From: Alphaproteobacteria bacterium
GTDB taxonomy: Bacteria > Pseudomonadota > Alphaproteobacteria > UBA9219
Direction of reading: 5' to 3'
Length of the DNA stretch: 64,000 bases
NCBI GenBank assembly: GCA_019233975.1
Contig: JAFALY010000038.1
Location: forward strand, 21,638 to 85,637
Positions 38,897 through 48,142 of the stretch are shown one piece after another. How positions within the stretch are numbered: position 1 is the stretch's first letter; every line of letters begins with the position of its first letter. The notes under the pieces were generated by a model that worked only from the letters and a program-made list of their open reading frames with translations, was not told the DNA's origin and did not search any database. Position numbers and translations under genes: made by a program.

Positions 38897-39154
38897 GGCC
38901 ACCGCGTTACGTGTGCCGCCCAAGGACCTCGCGGTCTGTCAGGCGAAGGGCTGTTAGGCCAGCACCAAGCTCTGCATGAGCGACGCGGGCGACGTCAGCT
39001 ATATGATCTTAACATTATATAGCCTGCCGCTTAGGTTGGTACCTGTTTGGTTCATGATGGCCACAGGGTTGATTGTAAACGAATTTGCCGATGCAGGCGC
39101 CTCAGGGAACAGTATTCATCCTTCAGGGCGACGTGTTGGCAGGAGATATATAAT

Positions 39155-41674
39155 ATGACGAAGCGAATGCTTGTGGACGCCACGCATCCCGAAGAAACGC
39201 GTGTGGCAATTGTTGAAGGCAACTGGCTCAATGACTTTGACTTTGAGCGTGCCAGCAAAAAAGAACTCAAAGGCAACATATACTTAGCCAAAGTGATCCG
39301 CATTGAGCCGTCACTGCAGGCGGCCTTTGTCGAATATGGCGGCAACCGCCATGGGTTCCTGCCCTTCTCGGAAATTCATCCTGATTACTTCCGCATACCG
39401 ATGGCCGACCGCCCGCATGACGAGCTGGACGAAGACGAAGAAGAAGGCGATGAAATCAGCGCCGACGAAGCCGCCCTGTATCAATCACAAGATGACGCTG
39501 TTGCGGCTGAACTCGCCCACCATGACAGTGAGCATCAACACACCTTCGAACCGTCCGAGTTGGCCGCAGCGCCTGAAGCCGGGCAAGAGGCCACTGAAGG
39601 CGCCCCAATGGACGCAAGCGAATTCGCGCAGGATCCGGCACAGGATCTGGGCCTGATTACCGATTTCGGCAATGCCGCGGCCCCGATGGATTTGGCTGCC
39701 CCTATTCCGGTTGAAACAGTTGGCGGCGAAATTGTTGAAGAAGAACAACGCCCCCGCCGTCAGGCCCGCCCGCGCTACAAGATTCAGGAAGTCGTAAAAC
39801 GCCGCCAGATCATGCTGATCCAGGTGGTTAAGGAAGAACGCGGCAACAAGGGCGCTGCGTTGACAACCTTCCTGTCGCTGGCCGGCCGTTATTGCGTCTT
39901 GATGCCCAACACCGACAATGGCGGTGGCGTGTCACGCAAGATCACCAGCCATCAAGACCGCCGCCGCATGAAGGAGATCCTGGATCAACTCGAAATTCCG
40001 GAAGGCATGGCGGTCATCCTGCGTACCGCCGGTATGGAACAGGAACCCGCCGAAATTCAGCGCGATCTTGAATACCTGCTGCGCCTTTGGAACAACATCC
40101 GCGAAGAAACGCTGCAATCGACAGCGCCCAGCCTGATTTACGAAGAAGCGAACCTGATCAAGCGCTCGATGCGGGATTTGTACTCCAGCGACGTCGGTGA
40201 AATTCTGGTGTCCGGCGAACGCGGTTATCAACTGGCTGGCGACTTTATGCGCACCATCATGCCGGACCAGATGGACAAGGTGAAGCTGTATACTGACGCC
40301 GTCCCCCTGTTTTTCCGCTATAATGTCGAAAAGCAGATCGACCAGCTTTACAACCCGGTCGTGCAACTGCGTTCGGGCGGTTATATCGTGATCAACCCGA
40401 CCGAAGCGCTCGTTTCGATCGATGTCAATTCCGGCCGCGCCACGCGCGAGCGCCACATTGAAAGCACGGCACTGAAGACCAATCTGGAAGCTGCGGATGA
40501 AATTGCCCGCCAGTTACGCCTGCGTGACTTGGCCGGTCTGGTCGTTATCGACTTCATCGATATGGAAGATGGCCGTAACAATGCCGCCGTTGAACGCCGC
40601 ATGAAGGAAGCCATGCGCGCCGACCGCGCGCGCCTGCAAATTGGCCGCATTTCTCCGTTCGGCTTGATGGAGCTGTCGCGCCAGCGCCTGCACCCCAGCC
40701 TGATGGAAATTAATTTCGAAAAGTGTTCCCACTGCTCCGGCATGGGTCTGGTGCGTTCGGTTGACTCAGCCGCCATCACCATTCTGCGCGTCATCGAAGA
40801 AGACGGCATCAAGAATGGCAGCGGCGAATTGATGCTGCATGTACCCAGTACGGTCGCCCTGTACGTCCTGAACCAGAAGCGCGAAGCGCTGAGCGCCATT
40901 GAGCGCCGTTATGGCCTGACCGTCTTCCTGCACGGTGATGACACGCTCGTGGCGCCGGACTTCAAACTTGAACGCACGCGCGGCAATGGTGAACGTGGCA
41001 ATCGCGGTCCCGCTGTGAATGCCGAACAGATTATGGCCGACACCGAACGTGATATGCCGACACCGCCCGCGTCGCCCGATCAGGAACGCGGAAGCGACGA
41101 AACCGCCGCATCAGAACAGGAACAAGGCAATGGTGGCCGTGGCCGCCGCTTTGGTTTCGGTGGTCGTGGCCGTGGCCGCGGTCGTGGTCGCCACAACGAC
41201 AACAACAATCAGCAGCAACAGGCCGAAGCCAATGGTAATGTGGTCGACAATGCCGCCGAACCTGATGACAATGTAGGCAATGTTGAAACCCAAGCCGAAG
41301 ACGGTGAAGGGCAGCAGCAGGATCCGCAACGCCGTGGCCGCCGCCGTGGCCGCCGCGGTGGCCGTGGCCGCCGCAATAACGGTTATGGTCAGGAACGCGG
41401 TCCGCGCCAGGAAAACGGCAATAACGGCCAGGCTGCGCAGAGCGACCAAGGCAACCGCCAGCCTGCGCCCAGTGCAAGCTATCCAACCAATATCCATGAA
41501 ATTGACACAACACCGCGCGAATATGTCCAGCCGGTAGCCGCCTCCGTGGCCAGTTCCGTGACTGCGTCGCCGTCGGCATCATCGGCCCCGGCAGCACCGC
41601 CGCCGTACGAAATCGTCAACACCCCGCCGGATAAGCCCCGGGGTGGGTGGTGGCGCAAGCTGACGGGCCAATAA
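39155..41674 (+). CDS. rne: Ribonuclease E
   Basis: AGGAG RBS; MTKRMLVDATHPEETRV; S1 domain with acidic insert; IDVNSG; DFIDM; CSHC; Arg/Gly-rich tail ending GGWWRKL. Confidence 0.95.
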   Translation: MTKRMLVDATHPEETRVAIVEGNWLNDFDFERASKKELKGNIYLAKVIRIEPSLQAAFVEYGGNRHGFLPFSEIHPDYFRIPMADRPHDELDEDEEEGDEISADEAALYQSQDDAVAAELAHHDSEHQHTFEPSELAAAPEAGQEATEGAPMDASEFAQDPAQDLGLITDFGNAAAPMDLAAPIPVETVGGEIVEEEQRPRRQARPRYKIQEVVKRRQIMLIQVVKEERGNKGAALTTFLSLAGRYCVLMPNTDNGGGVSRKITSHQDRRRMKEILDQLEIPEGMAVILRTAGMEQEPAEIQRDLEYLLRLWNNIREETLQSTAPSLIYEEANLIKRSMRDLYSSDVGEILVSGERGYQLAGDFMRTIMPDQMDKVKLYTDAVPLFFRYNVEKQIDQLYNPVVQLRSGGYIVINPTEALVSIDVNSGRATRERHIESTALKTNLEAADEIARQLRLRDLAGLVVIDFIDMEDGRNNAAVERRMKEAMRADRARLQIGRISPFGLMELSRQRLHPSLMEINFEKCSHCSGMGLVRSVDSAAITILRVIEEDGIKNGSGELMLHVPSTVALYVLNQKREALSAIERRYGLTVFLHGDDTLVAPDFKLERTRGNGERGNRGPAVNAEQIMADTERDMPTPPASPDQERGSDETAASEQEQGNGGRGRRFGFGGRGRGRGRGRHNDNNNQQQQAEANGNVVDNAAEPDDNVGNVETQAEDGEGQQQDPQRRGRRRGRRGGRGRRNNGYGQERGPRQENGNNGQAAQSDQGNRQPAPSASYPTNIHEIDTTPREYVQPVAASVASSVTASPSASSAPAAPPPYEIVNTPPDKPRGGWWRKLTGQ

Positions 41675-41728
41675 ACCCGAAAGTTCAGGCACCAGCCTGT
41701 CCTGTCGTCGAGCGAGGAGTTACGGTTT

Positions 41729-43198
41729 ATGCCCGCATCCGGTTCACGCGTGTCAAAAAGCCTTAAACGCATCGGTCTTTTTGTTGCACTTTCGCTCGCC
41801 ATGAATGGCAGCGTCGGCACTGTGGTGCTGGCACAGGAAAGCGGTCGCGCATCCGACCAACCTTCCTTTATTCGCGATGCTGAGATCGAAAACTATCTAC
41901 ATGCGTTGGCCGATCCGATTTATCGGGCCGCCGATATAACCCCCAGCAGCATCACCATTAACATCGTTGAGAGCAACGTCGTCAACGCGTTTGTCGCCGA
42001 CGGCATGAATGAGTTTTTCTATACCGGCCTACTGCAACTCACCGATACGCCCGAACAGTTGGCCGGTGTTATAGCCCACGAAACAGGCCACATTGCAGGC
42101 GGCCATCTGATACGTAGCCGCGAAGAAATGCGCAACGCATCGGCAGAGGCGATTTTCGGCATGATCATCGCCGTCGCAGCCGGTGCCGCGAGCGGCAATG
42201 GCGGCGCCGCAGCGGGTGCAATGAGCGGATCAGAACAAATTGCGGAACGCAGCTTCCTCAGCTTCAGTCGTACAGTAGAAGCCTCAGCCGACGCAGCGGG
42301 CATGTCGTTTCTGGATCGCGCCGGCATAACAAGCCGTGGCATGCTGGAATTCTTCAAAAAGCTACAGGGGCAGGAACTGATGCCCACCAGTCAACAAGAC
42401 GCCTATGTCCGCACCCACCCCCTGACACGGGACCGTATTGACGCCGTTCAGGATCATCTGGATCACTCAAAGTACAAAGACGCCAAACTCGACGAAAAAT
42501 TTTATGTCATGCATGAACGCATGAAGGCAAAATTGATGGGTTACCTACAACCCGAAACCGTCCTGCTGCGTTACACTGATAACGACAAACGCCTATCAAC
42601 ACGCTACGCACGCGCAATTGCACTCTATCGCACCAGTCAAGCGGATCATGCATTGACCGTGACAGACGGCCTGATTAAGGAAGAACCAGACAACCCTTAT
42701 TTCCACGAATTAAAGGGGCAGATATTGTTTGAAAATGGCCGCACTGAGCAGTCAATCGACTCCTATAAAAAAGCCAACGACCTGCTACCGCACTCAGCCC
42801 TTTTGCGCGAGGCGTATGGTCACGCTTTGTTAGAGTCGAAAGACAACGACAAGCTGGACGCTGCGGTTGAGCAACTTCAGGAAGCGAACCGTTTGGAAGA
42901 ACGCACGCCTATTGTCTGGCACCTATTGGCCTCGGCCTGGGGACGCAAGGCAGAATTGACCAAGAAGACCGAATTTGAAGCCATGGCGACCTATGCTCTG
43001 GCTGAAGAAGCTGAGGCTCAGGGCAAAGACCGCGCGGCGCAACAACTGGCTGAACGCGCCATGAAGGGACTGCCTAAAGGGTCGGTTTATTGGCTGCGCG
43101 CACAAGATATCAAGCTTTCGACCACATCCGATAGCGCATCCGACAAAGATAAAAAGCAATTTAGCGGCGGAAAACCGCTATCTGATGCCAATCATTGA
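41729..43198 (+). CDS. M48 metalloprotease with TPR repeats (BepA/YfgC-like)
   Basis: NAF, HETGH, EASAD and THP motifs; helical C-terminus. Confidence 0.9.
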   Translation: MPASGSRVSKSLKRIGLFVALSLAMNGSVGTVVLAQESGRASDQPSFIRDAEIENYLHALADPIYRAADITPSSITINIVESNVVNAFVADGMNEFFYTGLLQLTDTPEQLAGVIAHETGHIAGGHLIRSREEMRNASAEAIFGMIIAVAAGAASGNGGAAAGAMSGSEQIAERSFLSFSRTVEASADAAGMSFLDRAGITSRGMLEFFKKLQGQELMPTSQQDAYVRTHPLTRDRIDAVQDHLDHSKYKDAKLDEKFYVMHERMKAKLMGYLQPETVLLRYTDNDKRLSTRYARAIALYRTSQADHALTVTDGLIKEEPDNPYFHELKGQILFENGRTEQSIDSYKKANDLLPHSALLREAYGHALLESKDNDKLDAAVEQLQEANRLEERTPIVWHLLASAWGRKAELTKKTEFEAMATYALAEEAEAQGKDRAAQQLAERAMKGLPKGSVYWLRAQDIKLSTTSDSASDKDKKQFSGGKPLSDANH

Positions 43199-43253
43199 CT
43201 TGCACGTCAAAAATTGGTTGTTTCATCTGTCCGTTAACACTTGGGAGTCGTTT

Positions 43254-44015
43254 ATGCGCATTGTTCTGGTCGCCCTCAGCCTTCTTCTCACCGCTGCCCT
43301 GCCCGTGCAGGCCGCGCAATTGTCCACCAACAGCGATGGTGGCTTTTCAGATGACGACAAGGCTGCGATTGAAAATGTCGTTAAGGAATACCTGACCAAA
43401 GAACACCCCGAAGTTCTGATGGAAGCGATGAAAGAACTGCAGCGCCGCGAACAGGCGACCGCAGAAACCAAGACGCAGGACGCCATCAAGACGGCCAAGG
43501 ATAAGATCTATAACGATGCCGACACTCCCGTTGGCGGCAACCCCAAGGGCAAGGTCACGGTTGTCGAGTTTTTCGATTACCAATGCGGCTATTGCAAAAT
43601 GAGCGAAGAAGCCGTTCAGCAGATGCTGAAGGATAACAAGGACGTTAAGTTCATCTATAAAGACTTCCCGATCCTGGGGCCCATGTCGACGACTGCTGCC
43701 AAGATTGCGCTGGCCGCCGCCCGCCAAGGCAACGCCAAGTACATCAAGTTCCATGATGGGTTGATGGGCGTTAAAGAGCATCTGAGCGAAGACATCATCT
43801 ATAAGGTCGCCAAGGATGTCGGCCTGGATGTCGAAAAGCTGAAAAAGGACGCGGCGGATGATTCCGTTGCCAAAATTGCCCAGACCAATGTCGAGTTGGG
43901 CACTGAAATTGGCGTCCGCGGCACCCCGATGTTCATCATCGGCGACAAGGTCTATCCCGGCGCCTTGCAGGCCGAACAACTGAAGAAAGCCGTAGAAGAC
44001 GCCAGAAAAAACTAA
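43254..44015 (+). CDS. DsbA/Com1-like thiol-disulfide oxidoreductase
   Basis: Signal peptide; EFFDYQCGYCK; GTP cis-Pro loop. Confidence 0.9.
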   Translation: MRIVLVALSLLLTAALPVQAAQLSTNSDGGFSDDDKAAIENVVKEYLTKEHPEVLMEAMKELQRREQATAETKTQDAIKTAKDKIYNDADTPVGGNPKGKVTVVEFFDYQCGYCKMSEEAVQQMLKDNKDVKFIYKDFPILGPMSTTAAKIALAAARQGNAKYIKFHDGLMGVKEHLSEDIIYKVAKDVGLDVEKLKKDAADDSVAKIAQTNVELGTEIGVRGTPMFIIGDKVYPGALQAEQLKKAVEDARKN

Positions 44016-44047
44016 CTGGCTGATAGAACTGTTACCAAGGGAATACT

Positions 44048-44509
44048 ATGTCTGAGAAAAAGCTAGATATCGATAGCGATTTTATCCGCAAGCTGGCCAA
44101 GCTGCTGGAAGAAACCGGCCTGACCGATATTGAATATGCCGAAGGCGACAAGCGCATTCGCTGCTCCATGCAACGCAATACGATTGTTGCCGCTGCAACC
44201 CCTGTGGCTGTCGCTGCTCCGGCTGCTACTGCACCCGCTGCAGGTGGCGCAGCCGCCGCTGGCGCAGCCGCAAATGGCACGCCCGTTAAATCACCGATGG
44301 TCGGTACGGTTTACCTGTCACCTGCCCCGAACTCTCCTGCCTTTGTCAAGGTAGGGGACACGGTTAAGGCTGGCGACACCCTTCTGATTATCGAAGCCAT
44401 GAAGGTCATGAACCCGATCAAAGCGCAGCAAGGCGGTACGGTAACGGCCATCCTTGTCAAGGACGCGCAGCCGGTCGAGTTCGGCGAAACGCTTCTGACA
44501 ATAGCCTAG
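44048..44509 (+). CDS. accB: Acetyl-CoA carboxylase biotin carboxyl carrier protein
   Basis: SPMVGT, EAMKVMN. Confidence 0.96.
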   Translation: MSEKKLDIDSDFIRKLAKLLEETGLTDIEYAEGDKRIRCSMQRNTIVAAATPVAVAAPAATAPAAGGAAAAGAAANGTPVKSPMVGTVYLSPAPNSPAFVKVGDTVKAGDTLLIIEAMKVMNPIKAQQGGTVTAILVKDAQPVEFGETLLTIA

Positions 44510-44519
44510 GGCGATATCC

Positions 44520-45860
44520 GTGTTTGAAAAAGTTCTGATTGCAAACCGTGGTGAGATTGCGCTGCGCATTCATCGCGCCTGCCACGAAATGGGCATCCAG
44601 ACCGTCGCGGTACATTCGACGGCGGACGCGGACGCCATGCATGTCCGCCTTGCGGACGAAAGCGTGTGCATTGGCCCGCCGCCATCCAAAAGCAGCTATC
44701 TGAACATCCCCGCCATTTTGACGGCGGCGTCCATCACCGGCGCAGATGCCATCCACCCCGGCATCGGCTTTATGTCGGAAAACGCGAATTTCGCCGAAAT
44801 GGTGGAACAACACGGCTTCACCTTCATCGGCCCGACGCCGGAACATATCCGGATTATGGGCGACAAAGTGACCGCCAAGAAAACCGTCAAGGATCTGGGC
44901 TTGCCCACGGTTCCGGGTTCGGATGGCGGCATTGCGACAGTGGAAGAAGCCAAGTCGGTTGCCGAAGATATCGGTTATCCGGTACTGATCAAGGCGGCGG
45001 CTGGCGGCGGCGGTAAGGGCATGAAGGTCGCGCGCGATGCGGCTGGCCTGCCTGAAGCTTACCAATTGGCGCGCAGTGAAGCCATGGCAGCCTTCGGCAA
45101 CGACGAAGTCTATATGGAAAAATATCTGGAGAAGCCGCGCCATATCGAAGTCCAGTTACTTGGCGATATGCATGGTAACGCCGTCCATTTTGGCGAACGC
45201 GATTGCTCCATACAGCGCCGCCATCAAAAGGTTATCGAAGAAGCTCCCTCGCCCGGCCTGAACGCGACCGAACGCGAACAGATCGGCGCTTTGGCTGCGG
45301 ATGTCATCCGCAGGCTAGGCTATCGCGGTGTGGGCACCATTGAGTTTCTTTATGAAAATGGCCGTTTCTATTTCATTGAAATGAATACGCGCCTGCAGAT
45401 CGAACACACCATTTCTGAAATGATCACGGGCGTTGACCTCGTGCGTGAACAGATCCGGGTCGCGGCCGGCCTGCCCCTGACCTATAAACAGGAAGACATC
45501 GTTTTTAACGGCCATTCCATCGAATGCCGCATTAACGCCGAAAACCCCGAAACCTTTACGCCGTCACCCGGCCAGATTCAGGGTTACCACCCGCCCGGCG
45601 GGTTAGACGTACGCGTCGATAGCGCCCTGTATGACGGTTATCGCGTGCCGCCGCATTATGACAGCATGATCGCGAAATTGATCGTGCACGGCACCAACCG
45701 CAATGAATGTCTGCTGCGCCTGCGGCGCGCGCTGGAAGAATTCCATATCGGTGGCATTGATACGACTTTGCCCCTGCATCGGACCCTGATCGCCCAGCCG
45801 GACTTCATCAACGGTGATTATGACATTCACTGGCTGGAAAAATATCTGGCCCGCAAGTAA
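44520..45860 (+). CDS. accC: Biotin carboxylase
   Basis: ANRGEIA, GGGGKGM, ERDCSIQRRHQK; GTG start. Confidence 0.97.
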   Translation: MFEKVLIANRGEIALRIHRACHEMGIQTVAVHSTADADAMHVRLADESVCIGPPPSKSSYLNIPAILTAASITGADAIHPGIGFMSENANFAEMVEQHGFTFIGPTPEHIRIMGDKVTAKKTVKDLGLPTVPGSDGGIATVEEAKSVAEDIGYPVLIKAAAGGGGKGMKVARDAAGLPEAYQLARSEAMAAFGNDEVYMEKYLEKPRHIEVQLLGDMHGNAVHFGERDCSIQRRHQKVIEEAPSPGLNATEREQIGALAADVIRRLGYRGVGTIEFLYENGRFYFIEMNTRLQIEHTISEMITGVDLVREQIRVAAGLPLTYKQEDIVFNGHSIECRINAENPETFTPSPGQIQGYHPPGGLDVRVDSALYDGYRVPPHYDSMIAKLIVHGTNRNECLLRLRRALEEFHIGGIDTTLPLHRTLIAQPDFINGDYDIHWLEKYLARK

Positions 45861-45863
45861 GCC

Positions 45864-46559
45864 GTGTCGAAGGGTAACGACAAAAACCCGCCCATTACAC
45901 CGGACCTTTTGTTGCACGGATATGCCGCCGGAATATTTCCGATGGCAGACAGCGCGCATGCCAAAGAACTGTACTGGTATGATCCGCCCGTACGGGCCCT
46001 GATCCCGCTCAGCATCACCGGTGAACATCGCTTTCACATCGCACGACGCCTCCGCCGTACCGTGCGGCAACGCCCGTACGGTATCAGCTTTAACACAGCC
46101 TTTACTGATGTCATGCGCGCCTGTGCCGCACCACGACCCGATCACCCTGAAACGTGGATTAATGCGGAAATTATTGATCTCTATACCGCCTTGCATAACC
46201 GAGGCTATGCGCATTCCGTTGAAGTCTGGCAACAAGATGTTTTGGTCGGCGGCCTGTACGGCGTCAGTCTGGGCAGCGCCTTTTTCGGCGAAAGCATGTT
46301 TAGCACCGCAACGGACGCCAGTAAAATAGCATTGATATATCTAGTCGCCCTCTTGAAGCACAGCGGCTTTACCCTGCTGGACACACAGTTCCAAACCGAA
46401 CATCTGGCGCAGTTTGGCACTTATGAGGTTTCACGCGACGATTACCACGCAATGTTAGAGGACGCGCTGCAGAACCGCACCTCGTTCACCTTACCGGAAA
46501 GCGGGTGGGATCACTTGGTCGGCGCGTTACTTTTGCAGCCGATGAGCCAGATATCGTAA
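45864..46559 (+). CDS. aat: Leucyl/phenylalanyl-tRNA--protein transferase
   Basis: YAAGIFPMA, AHSVEVW, GGLYGV, FFGESMFS. Confidence 0.94.
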   Translation: MSKGNDKNPPITPDLLLHGYAAGIFPMADSAHAKELYWYDPPVRALIPLSITGEHRFHIARRLRRTVRQRPYGISFNTAFTDVMRACAAPRPDHPETWINAEIIDLYTALHNRGYAHSVEVWQQDVLVGGLYGVSLGSAFFGESMFSTATDASKIALIYLVALLKHSGFTLLDTQFQTEHLAQFGTYEVSRDDYHAMLEDALQNRTSFTLPESGWDHLVGALLLQPMSQIS

Positions 46560-46897
46560 ACCGGGTGCTCCATTGCCGACAATGCGGGGCTGGACGCAAA
46601 CATCCAACCACGGAACACCGGCGCATCGGGATGACCCGGTTTCAATTCGCCGATTTCAAGAAAAGCCGCAGCCTCCGGCGTTTCTTCAGGCAGTGACGCC
46701 TTACAGGAACGTGGCGTTACCAGCAGTGTGCCAAAGGTGATTGTTTTGTTGGTTTCGGCTTCCACTTCTTCGACGCGCGCTGTTGCCTTATCCAGAACGC
46801 GCAGAACTACAATCGGCATGTCCTGTGTTGGAACGGCAGCCAAGGCGGGGAAGGTTGCCGTCAGTAACAGAAGCGTCAGGATGGCGGGGCGCAGCAT
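46511..46897 (-). CDS. DUF2155 family secreted protein
   Basis: LDKATARV, FRGWMFASSPALSAMEHPVYDIW. Confidence 0.85.
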   Translation of the reverse strand: MLRPAILTLLLLTATFPALAAVPTQDMPIVVLRVLDKATARVEEVEAETNKTITFGTLLVTPRSCKASLPEETPEAAAFLEIGELKPGHPDAPVFRGWMFASSPALSAMEHPVYDIWLIGCKSNAPTK

Positions 46898-47400
46898 CAG
46901 GGATGCGCGTCAGCCGGTTGTTTGGCAGGCGCGGCGTCAGAACGTTTGTTGCTATAGATCATCTGGCCGATTAAATCATCCAGTCGCATCGGCGCCTGCG
47001 TACGCGTAATGCGTCCGGTGCCGTCCGTCTTGACCATGTCGTCTTCCACGCCGGGTTCCAGAGACATATATTTACCACCCAGCAAGCTTTCACTGGCTAT
47101 GTGCGCGAGCGTGTCCGTCGGCAAGCGCACGGCGGGGTCAACCGTCATACGCACCTTGACCAGAAACTGGTTTGGGCCCGGGTCGGTGATCAGGTTCATG
47201 CCGACAACGGTACCGACTTTCACGCCGTTGATCTTGACGTCAATGCCTTCCTTCAAGCCATCGACCATCGGGAAGTTGGCGTTGATCTCGTACCCCTGCA
47301 CCACATGCAGATCCGAGCTTTTATAGGCAAATACCAGGAACAAGGCAGCGACCGCGACAACAACCGCACCGAGCACCGTTTCAAACATACTGCGTCCCAT
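46897..47400 (-). CDS. mlaD: MlaD/MCE lipid asymmetry protein
   Basis: ETVLGAVV, GLKEGIDVKINGVKVG, SLLGGKYMSLEPG. Confidence 0.88.
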   Translation of the reverse strand: MGRSMFETVLGAVVVAVAALFLVFAYKSSDLHVVQGYEINANFPMVDGLKEGIDVKINGVKVGTVVGMNLITDPGPNQFLVKVRMTVDPAVRLPTDTLAHIASESLLGGKYMSLEPGVEDDMVKTDGTGRITRTQAPMRLDDLIGQMIYSNKRSDAAPAKQPADAHP

Positions 47401-47430
47401 CGTCACTCCCCTTCAGATTGAAGCAAAATA

Positions 47431-47820
47431 TCAGGCGTCCGGCGTCCAGGCTTCATAATCACCTGTCGCCTTGGCGCGCGCACCACCGGCCAGCAAATGT
47501 CCGGGCGGCAGGTAAGCCTGATCGGTACCGGTCATGTTTTCCTGATACGGCTTCTGCCACGGTTTACGGTACGGACTGTTGGCTGCAATCGGCGCATCGG
47601 CGCCATGATGCAGCCAGATATGCCATTCAGGCGGTACCTTGCTGGCCTCGGGCTCGCCCTTGTACAAAACCCAACGGCGCTCACGCACGCCGGGCGGAGT
47701 TTTCTTGTCACGGAAATAGCGATTACCGAACGAATCGGTGCCGACTTCGACACCGTAAAAGCGCGTCTGCAACAGGGTGCCGATCTGCGACAGGCGTCGG
47801 ATGAATGAAAAATTTTCCAT
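47431..47820 (-). CDS. NDUFA12-family NADH:ubiquinone oxidoreductase accessory subunit
   Basis: VGTDSFGNRYF, RRWVLY, VPPEWHIWLHH, YEAWTP. Confidence 0.92.
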   Translation of the reverse strand: MENFSFIRRLSQIGTLLQTRFYGVEVGTDSFGNRYFRDKKTPPGVRERRWVLYKGEPEASKVPPEWHIWLHHGADAPIAANSPYRKPWQKPYQENMTGTDQAYLPPGHLLAGGARAKATGDYEAWTPDA

Positions 47821-48045
47821 GCGGGAATCACGCTGTGGGTTAGCTCTAACGAAAGCCAGTTATAAATTATTCCTCGCCCTTGTCTATCGTCATCTACCTG
47901 CCGGATTCGAAGCCATTCTAATTCAAAAACTTGTATGCATGTGTGCAAGTAACATCTGCAGTTTGCAGCGCATAGAACCATCCCCATCCTTATCCCCAAC
48001 AAACCATCCGAAACGCATGGTTTGTGAGTAAGTTTTGGTTTATGC

Positions 48046-48092
48046 CCACCATATTTTGTGGCATATTCTGCACCGCATACAAAGGATTGTGG
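48046..48092 (+). promoter_or_regulatory. Tandem NrdR-box-like sites
   Basis: CCACCATATTTTGTGG (48046-48061) and weaker ATACAAAGGATTGTGG (48077-48092), starts 31 bp apart; consensus acaCwAtATaTwGtgt. Confidence 0.6.
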
Positions 48093-48096
48093 ATAA
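48088..48096 (-). promoter_or_regulatory. Perfect DnaA box
   Basis: TGTGGATAA is the reverse complement of TTATCCACA. Confidence 0.55.
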
Positions 48097-48142
48097 CTTA
48101 CCTGCCGCCTACCCCCTCCGCCACCACCTACAGGCTCTTTTG

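Noticed and set aside
38920-39000. Glycine-riboswitch-like fragments (CTGTCAGG, CGAAG) in the rne leader
   Set aside because: Element order and the GGAGA core do not fit; the gene context is implausible.
41130-41375. GGCCGT/GGTCGT short tandem repeats
   Set aside because: They encode the Arg/Gly-rich disordered tail of RNase E; not a CRISPR array or independent repeat element.
46511-46559. 49-nt convergent overlap of aat and the DUF2155 gene
   Set aside because: Short tail-to-tail overlaps are common; no evidence of special function.
47821-48142. Possible replication origin (AT-richer gap with DnaA boxes)
   Set aside because: Only one perfect and one imperfect box and no typical origin-flanking genes; a promoter role is the simpler explanation.
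47821-48142. Cobalamin riboswitch upstream of the NrdJ homologue
   Set aside because: No recognisable B12-box or conserved core seen.
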